Of a DNA stretch of 64,000 bases, positions 1 to 10,192 are shown piece after piece (the stretch's first letter is position 1; every line of letters starts with the position of its first letter). The position numbers and the translations under genes are program-made. The stretch is from Patescibacteria group bacterium (lineage in GTDB: Bacteria > Patescibacteriota > JACPGU01), in NCBI GenBank assembly GCA_028718745.1, contig JAQULF010000003.1, forward strand, positions 160-64,159, read 5' to 3'. The notes below the pieces were generated by a model. It ran no database searches and had not been told where the DNA came from. It was given only the letters and a program-made list of their open reading frames with translations.

Positions 1-177
1 AAAGTAAAAAAATTGAGATTGGAATTGGGTTTTACTCAAGAAAAACTGAGCGAAGTTTGCGGGCTTCATCGCACTTATATTGCTGGTATTGAAAAAGGAA
101 GAAGGAATATTTCAATAAAAAATCTTGAAAAAATCGCCAAGGCATTGAAAGTAAAGCCCGATGAATTATTAAAATAA
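1..177 (+). CDS. XRE/Cro-family helix-turn-helix regulator, 5'-truncated by window edge
   Basis: Frame 1 reads KVKKLRLELGFTQEKLSEVCGLHRTYIAGIEKGRRNISIKNLEKIAKAL..K*, a classic HTH_3 pattern resembling R-M controller proteins; absent from the ORF track. Confidence 0.85.
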   Translation, partial: KVKKLRLELGFTQEKLSEVCGLHRTYIAGIEKGRRNISIKNLEKIAKALKVKPDELLK

Positions 178-186
178 CTTCCATAA

Positions 187-1023
187 ATGAATAACGATAA
201 TATTGTAAAAATTTTTGAAACAAAAGTTCCTGGTATTTTAAAAAAAGCAGGAGCATATTCTCTGGAGATTAGGCGTAATGGTCTTAAAATATCTCACAAG
301 ACAAATACTGGAGAAGAAAAAAGCGACATTTTAACCAACGCCGATCTTAAAGTGCAAGAAGTTATTCTCAATGAGCTTCTAAAAACACACCTCAGGAAAT
401 GTATGTTGGTAAGCGAAGAGAACACCAGATATATTGATAGATTTGCAAAGAAGAGCAACTATTTATTAAGTATTGATCCGATAGATGGTACATTGGCTTA
501 CGCTAAAAAACCAAGATCAAAAAAATTTCAAATAATAATCCAACTCAAAAATCAGTATGAAATATTAATAACTGCTATTTACTATCCGGCATATGATGAA
601 TTGTTATATATTGCCAATGATAAAGTAATGCTTAATGGTAAAAAGTTAAAATTGGGGAAAAATAAATCTAGGAGTGATATCGCGACAAAAGATGATTTAT
701 CGATCAGGGCACGAAGATTTTTTAGCAAGAATGGCTTGAACCCAATTGACTATAAAAGCCATCCGAAAATTCCTGGGTACATATATTTGGTAAAAAGCAA
801 GTATGGTGGATTTTATAAAAAAAATATCAATGCTTATGATGGATTGGTTTGGGCACATCTAGTCAATGCTATGGGTGGCAGAACAATCGAAATAGTTTCC
901 GGAAAAGAAATCGGCAAGGATTATAATTTCTTTAATATAAAAAGAGAGACATTAAGAGGAAGAAATAGATTAGTGCATCCAGGAGAATATATGGCAATAT
1001 TTAATATTGATAAACAAATATGA
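187..1023 (+). CDS. Inositol monophosphatase / CysQ (FIG superfamily) phosphatase
   Basis: Motifs LTNADLKVQ, SEE and IDPIDGT. Confidence 0.8.
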   Translation: MNNDNIVKIFETKVPGILKKAGAYSLEIRRNGLKISHKTNTGEEKSDILTNADLKVQEVILNELLKTHLRKCMLVSEENTRYIDRFAKKSNYLLSIDPIDGTLAYAKKPRSKKFQIIIQLKNQYEILITAIYYPAYDELLYIANDKVMLNGKKLKLGKNKSRSDIATKDDLSIRARRFFSKNGLNPIDYKSHPKIPGYIYLVKSKYGGFYKKNINAYDGLVWAHLVNAMGGRTIEIVSGKEIGKDYNFFNIKRETLRGRNRLVHPGEYMAIFNIDKQI

Positions 1024-1688
1024 ATATGAAAAAAATAATTATAAATGCTGACGATTTTGGAATGAGCAGAATCTTTAATAATGCAATATTAGAATTGCTA
1101 GAAATGGATTTTATAAAATCAACCTCCGTTTTAGTTACAAGAGGTATTGAGAATCAACTAGATCAGGTAGAGAAGCTAAAAGATCTAAAAAACCAAAAAG
1201 ATATTTCAATCGGTCTTCATTTCGAATCGGACAAAAATGATCAAGATTATAATAATCTGATACAAAACATCGATAACCAAAACGATATATTTATCAAATA
1301 CTTGGGAACTAAGCCAACCCATATTGATAAACATAAACAGGTTTATTCCAAAGAAGAAGCAAAAGCAATGGTTGATTTTGCTGTTAGAAACAATATTTTT
1401 ATCCGCAATAGCTCCTCTGGGCTTATCCAAGAATATAAAAAAAGAGTTAAAACGAGCGATCGTATCATATTCTTATTGGAAGAATCAATGGATGATATAA
1501 AAAGTAAATTGCTGAACAAAGTAAATGAAAACGAGATTATGGAGATAATCGCTCATCCCAGAAGGTTTGACCCTGCTTGCAAATCATCCCTTAATAAGGA
1601 TCGAGAAAAAGATTATAATAACATATTAGAATTGGTTCCATTCTTAGAAAAAAATAATATAGCAATTATAAATCAAAAAGATATTTGA
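1020..1688 (+). CDS. ChbG/YdjC-family carbohydrate deacetylase
   Basis: IINADDFG, IGLH, PTHIDKH, EIIAHP motifs; ATGA overlap with upstream gene. Confidence 0.85.
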   Translation: MNMKKIIINADDFGMSRIFNNAILELLEMDFIKSTSVLVTRGIENQLDQVEKLKDLKNQKDISIGLHFESDKNDQDYNNLIQNIDNQNDIFIKYLGTKPTHIDKHKQVYSKEEAKAMVDFAVRNNIFIRNSSSGLIQEYKKRVKTSDRIIFLLEESMDDIKSKLLNKVNENEIMEIIAHPRRFDPACKSSLNKDREKDYNNILELVPFLEKNNIAIINQKDI

Positions 1689-1787
1689 TATTTTTGCTTT
1701 TATGTTTTTCCAATAACCACTGTTCTTCTTTACTTTTCTCCTTATTTTTGCTATATTGTAAGGAGTAAAAAAATCGAAATTCAAAAT

Positions 1788-1930
1788 AGCGTGCCGACGA
1801 GAGTTGGCACGCAAGAAACACCGGCGGAAATTTTGGAATTCGGCGGCGGCATTCGGGCGGAGCAATCCTGCCCCCCCATCAGGATGCTCCGCCCGAGGAT
1901 TCAAATTCGGGATTCGAAGATTTTTCGCGC
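1788..1930. repeat. GC-rich multi-hairpin intergenic element
   Basis: GCGTGCCGAC-gaga-GTTGGCACGC and CGGGCGGAGCA-ATCCTG...CAGGAT-GCTCCGCCCG stems in AT-rich surroundings. Confidence 0.6.
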
Positions 1931-2072
1931 AGTGTTTAATAATTTCGATTTAACGAGATTTTTTAATTTTTGAACATATATTCAGCGCAATTAAAACCGA
2001 CAGTAAGAGTCGGCTTTTAAGGTTTAAAACTTTACTTTATCTAATATCAGAATTTGACGATCATAAACATTC

Positions 2073-3083
2073 TTACGCAATCTGCAATTGTTCCTGAAAA
2101 CTTCTTTTCTCCCGTTTTTCTATATCCATAACAGTTATAAATAAATCGGGCTTCTCATCTATTTCCCTCAATCTCTTCTCGGAAATCTTTACATATTTTT
2201 CATTTACATCAATGCCAATATAATTTTTCCCTAATTTCTTCGCCGCCATAGCGGTCGTCCCACTACCGACAAAAGGATCTAGCACAACTGCATTCTTTGA
2301 AAAAACCGACAATTTAATTAAATATTCGCAAATTGCTAATGGCTTAACAGTTTTGTGATCATTATATTCTCCTTTTTCTTTTTTGGTTGGTTTCGGCAAT
2401 AAAAAAGTTTTATCTATCAACTCATTGATGCTTTCAACAGTAAATACATTAGCAGGATACATATTATCATCGCCAATCCTTACATTAGTATTGAATAATC
2501 CCACTTCATATTTGAGCATATTATTGAGATATGTTTGACTAGTAGGTTTTTGCGCCATTGCTATAGGTTCGAAACATGATTTTATCTGCGGCGTTTTCCA
2601 GCCACTTAACTTTTCTTTAATTTCTTCTTTATCTTTTTCATCAGCATTCATTTTATTAATGAAATGGTCAACTCCCATCGCCTTAGCTTGATTTTGAGTG
2701 TAAAGCCACATGAAAGAGTCTCTGATTTCAAAACCGGCATCATCAATCGCTGAGGCCATTCTGTGATATAACCTTGGACTAGAAAATGAAAAGAAAAAAC
2801 CTCCGGGCTTTAGAACTCGGAAAATTTCTTCCGAGATTTTTAAATACCAAGTGTAAAATTTTCTACCCTGTTCTCGATCAAATTTCATGCCAGCCGGAAG
2901 CGATGTTACAACTTGCTGATTATTTTGATTCGACACTTCGTCATAATCCCAATTATTATCCAGTTTATCTAAAAAATATGGGGGGTCTGTCAAAACAACA
3001 TCGATAGAATCATTTTCAATTTGAGATAATAATTCCAAGGCATCACTGCAAATTATATTGTTTAAAAATTTACTGTTTTTCAT
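2073..3083 (-). CDS. Site-specific DNA methyltransferase (N4-C/N6-A, beta class)
   Basis: DPPY catalytic motif near N-terminus, HxTVKP, and C-terminal VLDPFVGSGTT SAM-binding motif. Confidence 0.92.
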   Translation of the reverse strand: MKNSKFLNNIICSDALELLSQIENDSIDVVLTDPPYFLDKLDNNWDYDEVSNQNNQQVVTSLPAGMKFDREQGRKFYTWYLKISEEIFRVLKPGGFFFSFSSPRLYHRMASAIDDAGFEIRDSFMWLYTQNQAKAMGVDHFINKMNADEKDKEEIKEKLSGWKTPQIKSCFEPIAMAQKPTSQTYLNNMLKYEVGLFNTNVRIGDDNMYPANVFTVESINELIDKTFLLPKPTKKEKGEYNDHKTVKPLAICEYLIKLSVFSKNAVVLDPFVGSGTTAMAAKKLGKNYIGIDVNEKYVKISEKRLREIDEKPDLFITVMDIEKREKRSFQEQLQIA

Positions 3084-3826
3084 TTTTTGTTTTTAGAATC
3101 AGGATTTTTACCATTAAATTCTTTATAAAGAATTCTATAAATTATTTTTCTCACATCCTTGTCAAAATTTTTAACAAAATTCGCATCTGCTAATTTTATA
3201 ACCCTGCCTTTTTCGTCATAAACCCACCTGTTTCTGTCGGCTCTATTGCATTTTTGACATTGAGGAATAATGTTTCCGGGAACAAGCGACTTATTTGGAT
3301 CCATATGTGATTTTTGCAAAATCGTTTTTGTCGCCGGCCAATGAAAATGCGGTTTTCCCTCTTGTGAACCACAAGTGGCACAACGGTAGTTGTACTTTTC
3401 TTTTATTGTATCCCAATTGTCAGTTTCAGCAATTCTGTGTCCCTTTTTAAATCCGGGATAAGGTTGTTCTAAAGTATAAAGTTGATACGATCCTCTTTCT
3501 ACTTTTAGTACAATGTTGTCTCGTCCACCTGCGATTATCCACCAACCGGCTTGCGCGCCCAAATGCCTAGCTTGCTGGACATCGTTTGTATTTGGATAGT
3601 AGCTGCGAACAAATTTAGTGAGTTCTTCTTTGCTGACTTTTCTGGTTTTTGGATAATCATAAGCCAGATAGACTAAAACCAGTGCATCTTTTGTAAATTT
3701 GTGCTTCGAACCATAGAGTTTTGGCAATTTGACTCCAAATTGATTCAGATATTTTTTATGGTATTCACCAATTGTTTTGTAAATACTCTCTATAGATTTT
3801 TTGTTTAAAACAAGACTATCTAGCAT
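3080..3826 (-). CDS. Putative HNH restriction endonuclease
   Basis: CATCG...H.DP...GNIIPQCQKCN zinc-finger/HNH pattern; 4-bp overlap with the MTase. Confidence 0.75.
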   Translation of the reverse strand: MLDSLVLNKKSIESIYKTIGEYHKKYLNQFGVKLPKLYGSKHKFTKDALVLVYLAYDYPKTRKVSKEELTKFVRSYYPNTNDVQQARHLGAQAGWWIIAGGRDNIVLKVERGSYQLYTLEQPYPGFKKGHRIAETDNWDTIKEKYNYRCATCGSQEGKPHFHWPATKTILQKSHMDPNKSLVPGNIIPQCQKCNRADRNRWVYDEKGRVIKLADANFVKNFDKDVRKIIYRILYKEFNGKNPDSKNKK

Positions 3827-3974
3827 ATTTGCTTGATTATTGTTTTTATTATTATTTGATTCTACTTTACTCTATTCCCCTTTCTTGTAAAGAGTTTTTT
3901 ACTTTGTTTGCTTTGTTTATTTTTCCACCAAAATCCCCTATTGCAAAAAATATACTTCATAATAAAATGAATGT

Positions 3975-4062
3975 AACGATGCTAATCCGCTAATGAATGC
4001 GAATGACGCTAAAAAATTCCTCTATTCGCTATATTCGCGTTAATTCGCATATTAGCATCGTC
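3975..4062. repeat. Imperfect inverted array of ~9-mers (GCTAAT/GCGAAT ... ATTCGC/ATTAGC)
   Basis: acgatgctaat at the left end pairs with attagcatcgt at the right end, with internal degenerate units. Confidence 0.6.
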
Positions 4063-4092
4063 TTAAAATAACTAGGATTAAATTGATATCAG

Positions 4093-6336
4093 ATGTTTAT
4101 AACCAAAGTTGGTAAAATCTTATCGCGCCAAAAAAATCCCGACCGCTATACTTTGGTCTCTATTTTTAAACCCGATTCGCAGCAGCAGAAAGATCACGGT
4201 ACGATCTATATGATTATCGAAATCCTCTCTTCCGACCCTACTATGGGCCGAGTGGCTAAAGTGATTGAGAAGATTTTGATTGAGAAGTATTATGAAAATT
4301 TGGAAGATGGGTTAACTAGTTTTGAAGCGACTTTGAAAATTATCAACGAGAAACTAGCCTCGCTGGCTGATGAGGGTGAAATCGGCTGGATTGGCAAAAT
4401 CAATGCCGTCATCGCAATTTTGGAAAAAAACATTTTGCATGTTACTCAAACCGGCACTACCGAAGCTTATATGGTTCGGGGAAGCACAATTACCCACATT
4501 ACCGAGAACCTTTCGTCAGCGAGTGAAAAACCAAATCCTCTAAAAACTTTTATCAACATTGCTTCCGGCGAACTTGATCTTGGGGATAAAGTTATTATTT
4601 CAACCTCGGAGCTTTTTTACCATTTCTCGCTGGATGATTTGCGAAGAATCAACGCTAAATTTCCTCCAGCCATCGCCGCTGCTTATATTGTCAAAATGTT
4701 AAGGAAAGAGGAAATTGAATCCATTAATACTTTGATTTTGGAATTGGATGAATCCGATTCTGAAACGGAAGGAAATATCGGTAAAAAGATTTTTACCCAA
4801 GGCGAGCAAAAAATAGTTGAACAATATGAGAAAAAGTTTATCCCTTTTTGGAAGTTCTTTTTGAGATTTTCCAAAAAAGGATTGGAAAGGTCTAAAGAAG
4901 TTTATGGTAATAAGGTTGTCCCGGGAATCTCCCGTTTTGCCCAGGAAGCCAATAAGAAAGTGAATGAAAAACTGGAGAAAAAAGACATTCCCCTTTTGAG
5001 GAAAAGCAAAGCGGATCGAGAACTTTTTGGTTTGGTACCGGAATTAGTAAAGTCGGCTAAAACAAACAAAGATAAAAAGTCCGAGAGGAGCGATGAGCCT
5101 GAAGTAAATCTTTTTCAATTGCAAAGAAAGACTGCTCCTTCATTCATTTCAAAGATATTTAAATTTATCGCTCGCCAGGCCAAAGAAAAAAATCAAGTTT
5201 TCATTATCGCCGGCATCCTACTTTTAGTACTATTGGCAACCTCCGGATTAATTTCTTATCAAAAAAGATCGGCTGCAGCCAAGAAAACGCAAATCGAACA
5301 GGCTTATAATTCTTTGAAAACCAAGGTGGAAAGCGCCATTAAAGCCAATGAACTGGGAGACTCCAAAAAAGCTCAATCGCTTCTGACAGAAGCGCAGAGC
5401 GATGCTGCCAATTTCCCCTCTTCTTCATATTTAAAGACCGAAGTTCTCGCTTTGGAAAAAGAAATCAATGATTCCATGGAAAAGATATTTAATATCCAGC
5501 GCTTTGATTCAACAAATTCCCTTATTAACTTTACCGCACTTGATCCGACTATTAAGCTGACTAATGTCATGAGAATTGGAAATACTGTTTATGTAATTGA
5601 CAAAGAAAGACATAAGGCCGCGACCTACAATTTGGAAGCAAAAACAACCGAATCATTGCAAAATCTTTCTTATGATGGTGTGATTGAAAAAATAGCGCTT
5701 CTAAGCGACAAATCCAGTGCGGCTTTGCTCGCTTCAGGGCCTGCTAACCTTTATATATACAATTCCAAAACCAATTCCACCCAGCAAGCTACTCAAATCG
5801 GCGGGACTGCTTGGCCGGAAGCTGTAGCCATCGCCAGCTATATGAACAATATCTACTTGCTCGCACCGAACGATAATCAGATTTTCAAATATACTTCTTT
5901 GGTCGGAAGTTATTCTACTCGCAATAATTATATTTTAGACACCATCTCCTTGGATTTGAAAGATGCGGTTGATTTGGCTATAGATGGAAGCGTCTACATT
6001 TTAATGAAAAACGGAGACGCACTGAAGTTTATTTCCGGACAAAAAATGGAATTTGGCTTTACCGGATTACCAAACAATGTTAATGCCGACCAGAAGGATC
6101 CGAATGCCAAAATGGTTAATCCGATTCGAATTATCACAAATGTCGATATGGCCAATCTTTATGTCGCTGACGCAGGCGCGAAAAGAGTCGTGGTTTTTGA
6201 TAAAGACGGCAAATACAAAACCCAATTCGTATCTAACCAATGGAATGATATGAAAGACATCGCCGTTTCATGGGAGAACAAAAAACTCTATGTGCTATCC
6301 GGAACAGAAGTATTTGAAGTAGATATTTCTAAATAA
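4093..6336 (+). CDS. Membrane protein: PP2C-like N-terminal domain, single TM, C-terminal NHL/beta-propeller
   Basis: N-terminal G..EAYMVRG..ITHIT..SGELDLGDKVIIST resembles PP2C strands; TM near aa 370-388; DLAIDGSVYIL and LYVADAGAKRVVVFDKDG are NHL-like blades. Confidence 0.6.
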   Translation: MFITKVGKILSRQKNPDRYTLVSIFKPDSQQQKDHGTIYMIIEILSSDPTMGRVAKVIEKILIEKYYENLEDGLTSFEATLKIINEKLASLADEGEIGWIGKINAVIAILEKNILHVTQTGTTEAYMVRGSTITHITENLSSASEKPNPLKTFINIASGELDLGDKVIISTSELFYHFSLDDLRRINAKFPPAIAAAYIVKMLRKEEIESINTLILELDESDSETEGNIGKKIFTQGEQKIVEQYEKKFIPFWKFFLRFSKKGLERSKEVYGNKVVPGISRFAQEANKKVNEKLEKKDIPLLRKSKADRELFGLVPELVKSAKTNKDKKSERSDEPEVNLFQLQRKTAPSFISKIFKFIARQAKEKNQVFIIAGILLLVLLATSGLISYQKRSAAAKKTQIEQAYNSLKTKVESAIKANELGDSKKAQSLLTEAQSDAANFPSSSYLKTEVLALEKEINDSMEKIFNIQRFDSTNSLINFTALDPTIKLTNVMRIGNTVYVIDKERHKAATYNLEAKTTESLQNLSYDGVIEKIALLSDKSSAALLASGPANLYIYNSKTNSTQQATQIGGTAWPEAVAIASYMNNIYLLAPNDNQIFKYTSLVGSYSTRNNYILDTISLDLKDAVDLAIDGSVYILMKNGDALKFISGQKMEFGFTGLPNNVNADQKDPNAKMVNPIRIITNVDMANLYVADAGAKRVVVFDKDGKYKTQFVSNQWNDMKDIAVSWENKKLYVLSGTEVFEVDISK

Positions 6337-6337
6337 A

Positions 6338-7978
6338 TTACATTTTTTCTCTCGCTTCGATTCCCATCAAAGCAAGGCAATCTTTTAAAACGACCTCGGT
6401 CGCTTTTATTATTTTAAGGCGAATAGCTTCTCTCTCATCGCCGATAATTCGGCAATTATCATAAAATTTATGAAATTCAGTCGCAATCTCATGCGCGAAA
6501 AATGGGATTTTATAAACCTGATAATTCTCACCCACTTCTTTAATTAACTCCGGGTATTGGGAAAGTTTTTTAATTAAATTAATTTCGTATTTAAAATTTT
6601 GATTTTGGAGTGACGGACGATAGTCCGTTATCTTTCCTGTGACAGACTTTCGTCTGTCATTCCGATTAATCTTCGAGAGTACGCTATGTATCCTAGCTGA
6701 CGCATACTGAACATAAAATACCGGGTTCCTCGAGCTCTGCTCTTTTGCCAAATCCAAATCTATATCAATATGATGCCCATAATCTTTTGAAATGAAAAAG
6801 TAGCGGGCTGATTCTAAACTCATCTCCTCCGCTGCTTCGCGAAGAGTGATGAAATTCCCCTTTCTCTTGCTCATCCTGACTTCCTTGCCGCCCTGCATGA
6901 GATGAACCAGTTGAAAAATGATTAAATCCAGTTTGCCTTCATGCTTTAAAATTTTTGCGACAGCTTGCAATCTCCCCACATAACCATGATGATCGGCTCC
7001 GAGAAAAATAATAATTTTACCAAATTTTCGTTGTGAGAACCTTTCATAAAGATAAGCGACATCCGACATTAAATAAGTGAAATTACCATCGGTCGTTTTT
7101 ACTACGCGATCTTTTTCGTCGCCATATTCGGAAGTTTTCAACCAATAAGCTCCTTCGTTTTCATAAACCAGATTCTTGGCTTTAAAAAAATCCCACATTT
7201 TATAAACCAGTTTCTCTTTGAAAAGGATTGATTCGGTAAACCAGCGATCAAACTTGATCCCGAGAAACTTTACATCTTTTTTTATAAATTCATCGAGAAT
7301 TATTTTCGCCGCCATCTCTCCTGTTCTCTCATAGTTTCGCCTGATCCATTCAATTCCTTTTTGCTTTTTTATTTTTCGCGCCACTACATCAATATATTCT
7401 CCGCCATAAATGTCTTCGCCTTCCACTGTTTCGATTTCTAAATCCAAATTTTTATAAACTGACTTAGCTAAAATTTTAACCTGATTTCCGGCATCATTCA
7501 CATAATACTCGCGTTTAATATTATAGCCGTTTTTTGCCAAAACATTCGAAAGCGTATCACCGGAAAATCCTCCCCTGCCGTTTCCAAGAGTTAATGGTCC
7601 GGTGGGATTGGCGGAAATGAATTCAACTTGAATTTTCTTCTCCTTGCCGGAATTATTTGAACCATACTTGCTTTTTTCTTTTAAAATGTTGCTTAATTCT
7701 TTCAAATAAACTGATGAATTTAAAAAGAAATTGACATATCCGTCGCAAGCCTCAACTTTTGCGATTTCTTTGGCGGGCGTTAAATTTAACGCCCCTACGA
7801 TTTCGCCGGCGATATCTCTTGGATTTCTTTTTAACTGTTTAGCGAGAATGAACGATATATTCGTCGCAAAATCTCCATACCCCTCCCTCTCCGGCACAGA
7901 AATATCGTATTGATCAATTTCAACTTTGAAAAGTTTTTTGACAACCTTATCGATTTGTTTGCGAAGTAATTCTTTCAT
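6338..7978 (-). CDS. argS: Arginine--tRNA ligase
   Basis: VEFISANPTGPL..GNGR, GADHHGY, MSKRKG, NPVFYVQY; start placed at MKELLRK (7978). Confidence 0.97.
   Translation of the reverse strand: MKELLRKQIDKVVKKLFKVEIDQYDISVPEREGYGDFATNISFILAKQLKRNPRDIAGEIVGALNLTPAKEIAKVEACDGYVNFFLNSSVYLKELSNILKEKSKYGSNNSGKEKKIQVEFISANPTGPLTLGNGRGGFSGDTLSNVLAKNGYNIKREYYVNDAGNQVKILAKSVYKNLDLEIETVEGEDIYGGEYIDVVARKIKKQKGIEWIRRNYERTGEMAAKIILDEFIKKDVKFLGIKFDRWFTESILFKEKLVYKMWDFFKAKNLVYENEGAYWLKTSEYGDEKDRVVKTTDGNFTYLMSDVAYLYERFSQRKFGKIIIFLGADHHGYVGRLQAVAKILKHEGKLDLIIFQLVHLMQGGKEVRMSKRKGNFITLREAAEEMSLESARYFFISKDYGHHIDIDLDLAKEQSSRNPVFYVQYASARIHSVLSKINRNDRRKSVTGKITDYRPSLQNQNFKYEINLIKKLSQYPELIKEVGENYQVYKIPFFAHEIATEFHKFYDNCRIIGDEREAIRLKIIKATEVVLKDCLALMGIEAREKM
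6605..6663. repeat. REP pair (TGGARTGAC hairpin family) inside argS coding sequence
   Basis: TTGGAGTGACGGACGATAGTCCGTTA plus inverted TGACAGACTTTCGTCTGTCATTCC. Confidence 0.85.
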
Positions 7979-7985
7979 GGTATTT

Positions 7986-8534
7986 TTATAGAGGATCCTT
8001 TCTCCACTTGTCTTTAGCAAATTCATTTTGTATTATTACATCTGCATATATTTGGTCGCCATTCTCTATTTTTACATCTGGTCTGGAAATAAGGACATGA
8101 AGATCAACCTTAGAAAGTGGGAGACCGACTAAACTGGCCGCTTTTTGTAATTGATAATTCTCATTATCACGATATCTTTTTATTGCTCCCTCTAACTTAT
8201 CGGTTGGCATATCACCAGGGCTTGAGCCTGCCCCAAAAATCACAACGCCACCGTCTTTTATTTCATCTGGAACAGAAAAGCGCTGGAGCGAATCATAATC
8301 ACTAATCAAGTATCGAGGAATTTTTTGTTGTGAGTATTCCCTGCTCAATCTTTGGCTAAGAGTGGTTTTGCCTACATCCCAATCATGCGATGCCGGTCCC
8401 GCAATAGTAACTACAACAAAGTCTCGCTCGGCAAGAAGTGCTTCGGTTTTTTTAATTATTTGTTCTACGCCCTTTTCAAAAGGATATTCCCTCTTTTCTA
8501 CTATAGGTGTTATTTTTTCTTGAAATTCTTTCAT
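7986..8534 (-). CDS. Hypothetical protein with possible divergent P-loop
   Basis: VVTIAGPASHDWDVGKTTLS resembles an expanded Walker A. Confidence 0.5.
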   Translation of the reverse strand: MKEFQEKITPIVEKREYPFEKGVEQIIKKTEALLAERDFVVVTIAGPASHDWDVGKTTLSQRLSREYSQQKIPRYLISDYDSLQRFSVPDEIKDGGVVIFGAGSSPGDMPTDKLEGAIKRYRDNENYQLQKAASLVGLPLSKVDLHVLISRPDVKIENGDQIYADVIIQNEFAKDKWRKDPL

Positions 8535-8571
8535 AAAAAAATTTATTTTTCAAAAACCAATTCTCTCCTTT

Positions 8572-8752
8572 TGTCATCCTCGAACTCTATTTCGTGATTA
8601 CAAAATTATATATAAGAATCACGAAGAGAATATCGGGGATCTATAATTAATTTGTGATAAATTATTTAAAAGCATCTCCCATATTCTATTAAAAGATCCT
8701 TGATTTTCTGTTGATCCGCCAGTTGGCGGACATCAGAAGCTCGAGGATGACA
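8572..8752. repeat. Inverted pair of GTCATCCTCGA...GGATCT palindromic elements
   Basis: tgtcatcctcga...ggggatct (8572-8642) and agatcctt...tcgaggatgaca (8694-8752); related copy at 34613. Confidence 0.8.
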
Positions 8753-8815
8753 GATTAAGGATGGTTTTCGCGCTTAATTTTAAAACTCTAAAGAATTAAT
8801 TCCGGAATTCAGTCT

Positions 8816-10015
8816 TTAGACTTTTATTTTTACAAACTTCCTCTTCCCCACCTGCACAATCATCCCATCATGAATCCCCAGAACTTCTTTCGAATCTTCT
8901 ATTCTCAAATCGTCAATCCTTACCGCACCTTGTTCAACCAATCTTCTGGCTTCGCTTTTGCTAGTGGCTAATTCCAATTTAAAAACTAAATCTACTATAT
9001 TTATATTTTTATCTGAAATCTTTTTTTCTTCCATATCTTGCGGTTTTTCATGCTCTTGGAATTGTTTGTTGAACACTTCGCCGGCTTTTTCGGCTTTATT
9101 ATGATCATAAAATGCCTCGACAACTTCATGGGCCAATTTGAATTTGATATTGCGCGGATTTTCTCCTTTTTTCATAGCATCCGCAAACATTTTTATTCCT
9201 CCGTCCGGAATATCGGTCAAAAGCTCAAGGCCGGGCAAAATCATTCCATCCGTCCAGCTCATTACCTTGCCAAACATTTCCTCGGGTGAATCAGAAAGCG
9301 CAATAATGTTTCCTTCGGTCTTACCCATTTTCTTTCCTGTCGGATCTTCCAGAAGTTTTGTCGTTATTACAAACTTTTCTTTGTTCAGCATTTTTTTCAT
9401 CAAGGTTCTGCCGGCCAACATGTTGAACATCTGATCATTGCCACCAATTTCACCATCAACATCCATGGTGACAGAATCGTAAGCCTGAAAAACCGGATAT
9501 ACAAATTCATGAAGATAAATTTCTTTTCCTTGCTTGATCCTTTCCTGAAACATATCCCGCTCCAACAATCTTGAAACTGTAAAATGAGACATTAACTCCA
9601 ACATGTCTACCGGCTTTAATTTATTGGTCCATTTCTCGTTATGCAAAAAACGAATATTCGTTTTTTTAAAATCCAAAATCCGGCCGATTAGCTTTTTATA
9701 ATCCTTGGCATTTTCCAAAACCTGTTTTCGGGTTAATTTGACCCTGGTGGCCGTTTTATCCGTTGGATCACCTATTTGGGCGGTAAAATCCCCAATCAAA
9801 ACGATAACTTTGTGTCCGAGATCTTGAAATTCTTTTAACTTTCGCAAAGGAATGGAGTGCCCAATATGAATATCTCCCGTCGGATCAATCCCCATATATA
9901 TGGTTAGTTTTTTCCCAGATCTTAATTTCTCCTCCAAAAACTCTCGGGTGGGAAATATATTTTCCACTCCCCTATTTAATAAATGCTGAATTTTCGCCTC
10001 ATCAATTTTTGCCAT
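8816..10015 (-). CDS. tyrS: Tyrosine--tRNA ligase
   Basis: GIDPTG..HIGH, GGNDQ.FN, KMGKT, C-terminal S4 domain. Confidence 0.97.
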   Translation of the reverse strand: MAKIDEAKIQHLLNRGVENIFPTREFLEEKLRSGKKLTIYMGIDPTGDIHIGHSIPLRKLKEFQDLGHKVIVLIGDFTAQIGDPTDKTATRVKLTRKQVLENAKDYKKLIGRILDFKKTNIRFLHNEKWTNKLKPVDMLELMSHFTVSRLLERDMFQERIKQGKEIYLHEFVYPVFQAYDSVTMDVDGEIGGNDQMFNMLAGRTLMKKMLNKEKFVITTKLLEDPTGKKMGKTEGNIIALSDSPEEMFGKVMSWTDGMILPGLELLTDIPDGGIKMFADAMKKGENPRNIKFKLAHEVVEAFYDHNKAEKAGEVFNKQFQEHEKPQDMEEKKISDKNINIVDLVFKLELATSKSEARRLVEQGAVRIDDLRIEDSKEVLGIHDGMIVQVGKRKFVKIKV

Positions 10016-10192
10016 AAAAATAGTTATTGGTATCTAGAAGTATAATACAATGAAGAACATTTTTATTCAACAAAAATAAATCTCTCGGCTTTGACATTTG
10101 AAATTTGACATTTGAGATTTCTATCATACTTGCCACAAATCTCGGGTTCTGGTATTATATTCATTGTCACATCAAAGTAATTAACCTAAACA

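Noticed and set aside
1644-1973. Short ORFs across the GC-rich hairpin element
   Set aside because: No RBS or recognisable protein features; likely by-products of the stop-poor palindromic sequence.
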